Source: an uncultured delta proteobacterium
Lineage (GTDB): Bacteria > Desulfobacterota > Binatia > UBA9968
Assembly (NCBI GenBank): GCA_963816145.1
Contig: CAWFJP010000017.1
Span: forward strand, 1-64,000
DNA: 64,000 bases
Direction of reading: 5' to 3'
The notes below the pieces were generated by a model. It made no database searches, was not told the origin of the DNA, and saw only the letters and a program-made list of their open reading frames with translations. This document shows positions 57,662 to 64,000 of the stretch, piece after piece (position 1 is the first letter of the stretch; each line of letters begins with the position of its first letter). Both the position numbers and the translations under genes were made by a program.

Positions 57662-57919
57662 TCACGTCCGAGGCTTTAGTATATCCGTGAGGCGATCGGC
57701 CGTGCCGTCGATGCGTTCGAGATGGGGATAGCGCAAACCTTCGAAGTAAGGCAGGCGAACCGTGCGATAGTGATCGAAGGTCTTGACCAAGAGCTCGATC
57801 AGCTGCCAGCCGCTGCGTTTGAGACCGTCGAGCGGCGCGGCGATTTCTGCCGCATCGATGGCTCTAGCGCAGCACATCCCCAGCAGCGCGGTCGCGATCA
57901 AACTCTTTGACTGAAACAT
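57662..57919 (-). CDS. Short hypothetical secreted protein or gene remnant
   Basis: Signal-like N-terminus and GGGAG upstream; no family recognised. Confidence 0.35.
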   Translation of the reverse strand: MFQSKSLIATALLGMCCARAIDAAEIAAPLDGLKRSGWQLIELLVKTFDHYRTVRLPYFEGLRYPHLERIDGTADRLTDILKPRT

Positions 57920-58196
57920 CTTGAATCGACTCCCTGAAGAGTGAACTCGGGCATTACGATCGTTCTTCGCTCAGTGCCAAACAACGCAGCCAGTGAAACT
58001 AACCACGGGCAAACCCGCCCATGGCCATTGTCGGCGGAGCCTATCTAAAAAGTTGCTTTTGCGTCAACGGATACCGACGAAGAGCAGTCTAAAGGCTGGG
58101 TTGCCCGCTGCCATGAAGTGGAAATATCACCACCATTAGAATGGCCGTCGGTAAACAGGCTGTTGTCATTCAGCAAAGGAAGAAGGGTATGTGCAT

Positions 58197-58245
58197 GGCA
58201 GTCACGTCTTAAAGTGTGATAAACATGTTATCGCAAGATCTGATC
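58197..58245. repeat. GGGGTC/GACCCC-type hairpin repeat, copy E
   Basis: GGCAGTCACGTCTTAAAGTGTGATAAACATGTTATCGCAAGATCTGATC. Confidence 0.55.
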
Positions 58246-58259
58246 ACGAGTCGAGTCGA

Positions 58260-58540
58260 GGCTTGCTGAATGACGCCGATCGGGCCGTGGCCGTCGCCCG
58301 CGCTTACAACGATTGGTTGCATCATTATTTTCTCCGTGTAAGCACGCCCTTCCAGGGAGAGTCGCTTTGTTGCCGGTGCAAGATCCGTCCGAAGCCGCCA
58401 AAGAACTGGAGCATTGCGTGCGGGACATGTTGGGTATGGCCGGCGGCAGGCTTGTGGGGGTCATGAATCCCATGCGCGGTTACCGCTTGGCGCAGTTTGA
58501 TCCGATCATGGCGACGGCTGAAAAACTGGCCATGCCTCGT
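58260..58540 (+). pseudogene. Internal remnant of an amidohydrolase gene
   Basis: A.AVARAYNDWL, then VALLPVQDP.EAAKELEHCV and FDPI.A.AE.L in different frames. Confidence 0.7.
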
Positions 58541-58699
58541 CCAAGCACAAACAGTCGGCAGCGTAGTTAGCCGCTGGCGAAATCGGCCAGGAAAGGCTAA
58601 TTTCGGGATCAGGCTCTTTTCTGACTAACTTGACCTAAGACTGACTCGGGTCTTTCACGGTGGCCAGCCTTTCAGGTATCAACGGGTTTGCAATGCGGC

Positions 58700-60481
58700 A
58701 TGTCGGATAACTGGATTTTTCGTCTTTCTGCTCTGACGGCCGTCCTGTTGCCTGCGGGCTTCTTGGCGGGGACGATCCTGATGTATGGCGTCAACGTTCC
58801 CTATTGGGATCAATGGGAAGTTGCCGACGTTGTAGTGAAGGCGTTCGATGGTACGCTCTCTCTTAGGGACCTCACTTTCCAACACAATGAAAGTCGGCTC
58901 GTTTTTCCCCGTCTTCTGTTTATCGGTTTAGCCTATCTCACCGGATACGATGTGAGATATGAAATGTGGGGGTCTTTCGCCCTCGCCTGTCTCATTGCGT
59001 ACAACGTCTATCGCTTGGGAAGATTGACCCTTGGCGGTAATCGCAGACAGGAAGTCTTTCTCCTCTTCCTGGCAAGTTTAGTGATATTCAGCCTGGTGCA
59101 GTGGGAGAACTGGTTCTGGGGCATTCAACTCAGTGTTTTTGTCCCGATTGCGTGTGTGACCTCGATACTCTCTCTCTCGTATTCCTCACTTTCTGTCGGA
59201 ACAAAGTTTGCGGCGAGCGCCATGCTCGCGACTCTCAGTACATTCTCCTTCGCTCATGGGATGATGTGTTGGGTCATTGTTCTTCCTGTGCTCATGCTGC
59301 AGACGTGGGAAGAACTCAAAACTCGGCCATGGTTGATGGGCTGCTGGTTGCTTGGCTTTGCGGTGAATGTCGGGCTGTATTTTTTTAATTACGTTAAACC
59401 ACCCTCTCATCCGAACTTTACCGAGGCGTGGACCAAACTATTTGCTGCTTTGGGTTATTTCCTTGCTTTGCTAGGTGCTCCGCTGGGATGGGGGATAAAG
59501 CTGAACAGCCTGTACCAGGCCATAGCAGTAGGCTTCGGTATGGCAGCGCTGTTTGTATTACTGTGCACCTATGTGTGGCGCCATCGCAACGAGTCCCTCG
59601 TGCTGTACCGTACGTCGGGATGGCTCACGCTAGGGAGCTACACCTTGGTCATTGCTGGAGTGACGACGTTGGGAAGGCTCGGGCTCGGCATGGACACGGC
59701 CGTTTCCTCTCGATATGGAGCATTCACGTTTCCTCTGATTGTGGCTTTGGTCTATCTTATTCCCATTGTGCTCGACGTCTCTGGCAAGAAAAGGTCGCCG
59801 CAGGTAGAGCCGTGGCTGTTTCGTTGCGCTATCCTTTTGAGTATAGTGCTCATCTTTTTGCATGTTGCAACGTCAAGAAGTGCTCTCGCCCGAGTCAAGT
59901 CCATCCGGGAGCAACGTCTCCAAGCGAAGGCTGTGTTGCTGTTCATCAGTGCTTTGCCGAACGAGTCGCTTACCCGTACTATGTATCCTGGCTTAGAAGC
60001 GCTGAGGCGCTATGCCGAAGGCCTCGATCGACACGGGTTGTTGTCGCCAGGATTGCGCAAAAACTTAATCATTGAGAAAGGTGAGCGGCGTAAAACTGCA
60101 GAAGTAGACCAGTGTGGATGGTTTGATCTGCTCCAGCACAAGGGAGGAACGACTTATTTCGCCAAGGGATGGGCGATTCTACCTCATCGGCGAGAGCCGG
60201 CAGATGGGATTGTTCTGGCCTATGAGGAACCTGATGGATCGTTTGCAATCTTTGACCTGGTGGTAGTAAGGACACGAAGACCAGATGTCACCCAAGCGTT
60301 TCGGCGACAGAGGAACCTACGTGCGGGGTGGGAGCACTCCTTTACACTTGCGCAGGCTAATGGGAAACCGATAAAGATTGCAGCATGGGCTCTTGATGCC
60401 AACACGGGGCAATTATGCAGGCTGAACAAAGCCTACGTGGTCGATGCACAGCGGGCAGAGATTAGTGAGGTCAAGCGATGA
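58700..60481 (+). CDS. Multi-TM membrane protein, GT-C/GtrII-like candidate with a C-terminal soluble domain
   Basis: P.WDQW, QHNESR, Q.EN..W..Q, GR...G...A..SRY, about 11 TM helices; next to a GtrB-like GT2. Confidence 0.6.
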   Translation: MSDNWIFRLSALTAVLLPAGFLAGTILMYGVNVPYWDQWEVADVVVKAFDGTLSLRDLTFQHNESRLVFPRLLFIGLAYLTGYDVRYEMWGSFALACLIAYNVYRLGRLTLGGNRRQEVFLLFLASLVIFSLVQWENWFWGIQLSVFVPIACVTSILSLSYSSLSVGTKFAASAMLATLSTFSFAHGMMCWVIVLPVLMLQTWEELKTRPWLMGCWLLGFAVNVGLYFFNYVKPPSHPNFTEAWTKLFAALGYFLALLGAPLGWGIKLNSLYQAIAVGFGMAALFVLLCTYVWRHRNESLVLYRTSGWLTLGSYTLVIAGVTTLGRLGLGMDTAVSSRYGAFTFPLIVALVYLIPIVLDVSGKKRSPQVEPWLFRCAILLSIVLIFLHVATSRSALARVKSIREQRLQAKAVLLFISALPNESLTRTMYPGLEALRRYAEGLDRHGLLSPGLRKNLIIEKGERRKTAEVDQCGWFDLLQHKGGTTYFAKGWAILPHRREPADGIVLAYEEPDGSFAIFDLVVVRTRRPDVTQAFRRQRNLRAGWEHSFTLAQANGKPIKIAAWALDANTGQLCRLNKAYVVDAQRAEISEVKR

Positions 60482-60599
60482 TGGTGCAGAGACAGCGACC
60501 GCGCGCAGTGAGAAATAATGCGGAGGATCTGGGTAGTCAGTCGGATGTTGTCGATGCTCGTCATTGCCGTAACATAACCACGCGCTTTCGGTTGACATC

Positions 60600-61661
60600 A
60601 TGATTTCTATAGTTATTCCTGCCTATAACGAAGAAGAGAATATTCCAAAACTCTACAGCCGGATCACGGATGCAGCAACAAAGTGGGGCGATGAGTACGA
60701 GGTCGTGATCGTCGACGATGGTTCGTCCGACGCGAGTCTGCGGCACTTGGAAACAATCCACCGGCGCGATCCGCGCTGGAAGGTGTTGTCGTTCTCGCGA
60801 AATTTCGGGCATCAGGTGGCGATTTCGGCCGGCATCTTTTACTGCCATGGCGACGTCGTCGCCATTATGGATGCCGATCTGCAGGACCCCCCCGAGGAAC
60901 TGCAACGGTTTTTGCAAAAGTGGCGAGAGGGCTTCCACGTCGTCTATGCCATCCGCACGAAGCGCAAGGAGGGCTTACTCAAACGCGCGTCCTACAAGCT
61001 CTTCTACCGCATGTTGCACTGGCTGGGTTCGATTGAAATTCCCGTGGATGCCGGTGACTTCTGCGTGATGGACCGTTCAGTGGTCGAGGTGCTCAAGGCG
61101 ATGCCCGAACGTACCCGGTTCGTGCGGGGGCTTCGTAGCTGGTCGGGCTTTCGCCAGGTGGGCGTGGCTTCCGAGCGTTCTTTACGGCATGCAGGCGCAC
61201 CGAAATACACCTTCTCAAAACTGCTTCGATTAGCTGTCACCGGTATGCTCCTATTTAGCAGTGTCCCACTGAAACTTTCCGCCTGGAGTGGTTTTTTTCT
61301 ATGCGCGGTCGCAATGCTGTCAATCCCGATAATGGTCGGTTGGGCTCTGCTCGATATTCGGCTTTTCGGTATGCGCCCTTACGACGTGGCTGGGTGGACA
61401 AGTCTAGTGTCGCTCATCCTGCTGACCTCGGGTATGCAACTGTTGGCGCTGGGCGTGATTGGGCAGTACCTGGCCAGGATCTTTGACGAGGTCCAAGGGC
61501 GTCCGCCGTGGATCATTGCCTACGCGCTGGGATTTGCCGAGTGCGGCTCATCCCATGATCTCGGATGGTTTGCCGGTAATAGAACCGTGCAGCAAGGCGG
61601 CAGCGGAAAACGATCCGCCGGTCTCGCGCCAGGGACGGAATACGATGCAGGAGTCGTATAG
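60600..61661 (+). CDS. GT2 glycosyltransferase (GtrB/ArnC-like polyprenyl-phosphate glycosyltransferase)
   Basis: VIPAYNEE, DDGS.D, SRNFGHQ, DADLQDPP, GDF, two C-terminal TM helices, RP. Confidence 0.92.
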   Translation: MISIVIPAYNEEENIPKLYSRITDAATKWGDEYEVVIVDDGSSDASLRHLETIHRRDPRWKVLSFSRNFGHQVAISAGIFYCHGDVVAIMDADLQDPPEELQRFLQKWREGFHVVYAIRTKRKEGLLKRASYKLFYRMLHWLGSIEIPVDAGDFCVMDRSVVEVLKAMPERTRFVRGLRSWSGFRQVGVASERSLRHAGAPKYTFSKLLRLAVTGMLLFSSVPLKLSAWSGFFLCAVAMLSIPIMVGWALLDIRLFGMRPYDVAGWTSLVSLILLTSGMQLLALGVIGQYLARIFDEVQGRPPWIIAYALGFAECGSSHDLGWFAGNRTVQQGGSGKRSAGLAPGTEYDAGVV

Positions 61662-62418
61662 CACAATCTATGTAGACCTTTGGCGACGCCATTGGTGGTG
61701 GCGCGTACGGCACGAACTGGTAATCCGCACCGTCGAACAGCTCTTTCACGGCGACGATACACCACCGTCACAAAGAACCATCTTCGACATCGGCTGTGCG
61801 GGCGGCGTGAGCTTTGACGACCTGAGCCGCTACGGCGAGGTGTATGGTTCGGAGCCTGACCCGACTCTAGTGGATTCTTGTCCGCAGTGGCGCCACTGCG
61901 TTGAACTGACTGGATTTGGGCCGGATTATTCAGCGCCGCGGCAGTATGACCTAGTGCTGATGCTCGATGTCCTTGAACACATCGAGGACGAACGCCTAGC
62001 TCTGGGAAACCTCCGGCGACTACTCAAGCCCGGAGGACATGCCATCCTCACTGTTCCTGCGCTCCAGTCGCTGTGGAGCGTGCACGATGTGATCAATAAG
62101 CATTACCGCCGCTACGACAAAATGGGTTTGCATCGTCTGATCGAGGACAGCGGTTTTGCAGTCCGTGAGCTGCGGTATTTCTACATCTGGCCGTTGGGGT
62201 TGATGTATCTGCGTAAGCTGTTTTTCGGAACCAAGCAGCGTGCCCGGAAGTCGTACACTGTCACCGTGCCTCCCGCCCCAGTGAACCGACTGTTCGCTGG
62301 AATTTCGCGCACCGAGCAGCGGCTCATGCGGCTCGGCGTTCACTGGCCGCTCGGCAGTTCACTACTCGCTGTGGCCGAAAGGACTCAGGGGCTGCCATCG
62401 GATGCTGTCACCCATTAG
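61645..62418 (+). CDS. Class I SAM-dependent methyltransferase
   Basis: HWW, DIGCAGG, DVLEHI, LKPGG...TVPA...LWS.HD....H.RRY. Confidence 0.9.
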   Translation: MQESYSTIYVDLWRRHWWWRVRHELVIRTVEQLFHGDDTPPSQRTIFDIGCAGGVSFDDLSRYGEVYGSEPDPTLVDSCPQWRHCVELTGFGPDYSAPRQYDLVLMLDVLEHIEDERLALGNLRRLLKPGGHAILTVPALQSLWSVHDVINKHYRRYDKMGLHRLIEDSGFAVRELRYFYIWPLGLMYLRKLFFGTKQRARKSYTVTVPPAPVNRLFAGISRTEQRLMRLGVHWPLGSSLLAVAERTQGLPSDAVTH

Positions 62419-62658
62419 TGTCCCTAACGCTTTTTTACATTTGGCGATTTTGAACATGATGTTATCGGGAGAGGCTTTCCAAACGAAAACGTACGGGTTT
62501 TGGTTGTGAGATTTCAGGTAGTCTTCGATGGCAGCAAGCAATTCCGCAACACTGCGAAAACTGCCGCGGCGAACCCGCTTGTCGGTAATCTCTCGAAACC
62601 AACGCTCGATCAGTTTCAACCAAGAACTCGATGTCGGGTTGAAGTGAATGTGGAATCT
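62416..62658 (-). mobile_element. IS630-family transposase 3' remnant with its element end
   Basis: RFHIHFNPTSSSWLKLIERWF..IT.K.VRRG.F.SV..L..AI..Y..F.W; terminal GGGACACTA ending on TA. Confidence 0.85.
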
Positions 62659-62665
62659 GAATTAT

Positions 62666-62715
62666 GGGGTCGCGTCTTACAGTGCGAAAAAATGTCTGAT
62701 TGCAAAACCTGACTC
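62666..62715. repeat. GGGGTC/GACCCC-type hairpin repeat, copy F
   Basis: GGGGTCGCGTCTTACAGTGCGAAAAAATGTCTGATTGCAAAACCTGACTC. Confidence 0.7.
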
Positions 62716-62731
62716 TTAATCGCAGCGTTGG

Positions 62732-63721
62732 CTATTTTTTCAAAACCGACGCGATAAAACCTTCTTTGTCGAGCTTTTCGACAAATTGCGGCGCTATGAA
62801 TTGGGCGGGATCGGCGGTCTTTGCTTTGGGGTGCTTCGACCAATCCAAGATGGTCTTGACGCTCTGAAGCGTCGGATAGGGCTTATCGATAAATCGCGCG
62901 GATAATACGGTGTAGGCTTCTTCCAACTCGTCTTGGTTTTGCACTCGCATATATTTTTGCAGGATCCGTTTAGACTCGGTTTTACGTGTTTTAAAAAAAT
63001 GAACCGCTTCTATGAGCGAGCGCGTAACTCTGTCCAAAAGTATCGGATCTTTGCGCACCGATTCTTGCCGGGCGATCAGCGAGGCCGAAGGATATTCCAG
63101 GCTGTCGAGAGCTGGAATGCTGTCGAATATATTAAACCCCGCGCGCTTGGCGGTCAGGGTGAAGGGTGGTGACAATCCGGTGGCATCGACAAGGCCCGAC
63201 TGGAGCGCTGCAAGCCGGGTCGCCGCATCGCCGGAGGTCACATAAATAACCTCTTTCTCCGGGTTGATCCCCAGAGCATGCAGCATAATCTTGATCGCCA
63301 GAATCGCGCTGCCGACCAGGCTATTGACCGCAATCTTTTTCCCTTTTAGTTGCGTGGGGTGGCTAATCTCCTTCCTGGCGACGAACACTTGATCCATGCG
63401 ATTGGCAGGCACGGCGACGATGACGAGTTCGGCGCCGGCAAGCGCCGCTTCGATGGCCGCGACGCCGCCGGCGATGATGATATCGAAGCTGCGGCTCACC
63501 AGCGCTTGAGTTCCCATGGCGCCGCCGCGAATGAAGATGATATCCGCATTGACGTTATACTTGTCAAAAAAGCCGATCTCCTTGGCGACCCAAACGGGCG
63601 CATAGGTGGGCGAAAAATTAGCGTAGCCGATGATTACCTTGTTGCTCTGCGCCCTCGCCGGGTGGGCGCATAAGACGCTTGCGAAATACCCAGCAGCGAG
63701 AAAAAATATTTTGACCTTCAT
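62732..63721 (-). CDS. ABC-type substrate-binding protein (NMT1/SsuA-like)
   Basis: Signal peptide, WVAKE.GFF.KY, LKGKKIAV, RLAAL.SG.VDA. Confidence 0.88.
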   Translation of the reverse strand: MKVKIFFLAAGYFASVLCAHPARAQSNKVIIGYANFSPTYAPVWVAKEIGFFDKYNVNADIIFIRGGAMGTQALVSRSFDIIIAGGVAAIEAALAGAELVIVAVPANRMDQVFVARKEISHPTQLKGKKIAVNSLVGSAILAIKIMLHALGINPEKEVIYVTSGDAATRLAALQSGLVDATGLSPPFTLTAKRAGFNIFDSIPALDSLEYPSASLIARQESVRKDPILLDRVTRSLIEAVHFFKTRKTESKRILQKYMRVQNQDELEEAYTVLSARFIDKPYPTLQSVKTILDWSKHPKAKTADPAQFIAPQFVEKLDKEGFIASVLKK

Positions 63722-63882
63722 AGCATCTGTAGATCTGCTTATGTAACTGCCGTTGAATTGTCAACGAAAACTCCGGATGTTGCGGCGACGCGCCTAAAGG
63801 TAGTAGGCATGAAGCAGCGGCGACTTTTACATACTTAACTTCAAGAAACCGAACAACAAGGCTTTAGAGAAAGGATCATGGC

Positions 63883-64000
63883 ATGAAAACTAGCATAGAC
63901 TCAGCGCGGATTGGTGAACTGAAAAACCGGCTGGCCGAGAGCGTGCGGATTTGCGTCCGCGAGGAGCTGTTGGAAAACTTCGGCCATGTCAGCGCCCGGG
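63883..64000 (+). CDS. Class II aldolase/adducin family protein, 5' part (cut by the window edge)
   Basis: Hand translation MKTSIDSARIGELKNRLAESVRICVREELLENFGHVSAR; GHVSAR motif. Confidence 0.65.
   Translation, partial: MKTSIDSARIGELKNRLAESVRICVREELLENFGHVSAR

Noticed and set aside
34381-62715. Hairpin family as integron attC sites
   Set aside because: No RYYYAAC/GTTRRRY ends, no intI, and cargo genes lie in mixed orientations.
1-64000. tRNA, rRNA, known riboswitches, prophage
   Set aside because: None recognised by eye; a covariance-model scan would be needed to exclude small RNAs.

Overview
Bacterial chromosomal window with no rRNA, tRNA, CRISPR array, prophage or integrase that I can see. 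Its gene mix (many stand-alone NMT1/SsuA- and AfuA-type binding proteins, DADGH amidohydrolases, a bicupin, UbiD, thiolase/DUF35, CoA transferase III) resembles Candidatus Binatia (Deltaproteobacteria-related) genomes; that taxonomy is inference. Housekeeping genes: clpS-clpA-Ste24 peptidase, CBS protein-korAB, moaA, a CorC-family protein. Accessory content: two chromate modules (one decayed; one PadR-cytochrome c-chrA-VOC), a sigma54 two-component system followed by two matched sigma54 promoters, several catabolic mini-operons, a DUF1326-DUF2182-sulfite-oxidase-family cluster, a lone metallophosphoesterase, a Gtr-like glycosylation block, and gene or IS remnants. The most striking unexplained structure is a dispersed ~50-bp imperfect hairpin (approx. 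GGGGTCRCGTCTTGCA..TGCGACAAATGTCTGATTGCAAGACCTGACCCC). It recurs at least 7 times and sits at gene-truncation points and accessory-cassette borders, alongside five other short intergenic repeat families. Several single-base frameshifts look like assembly errors. All family calls come from motif recognition, not database searches.
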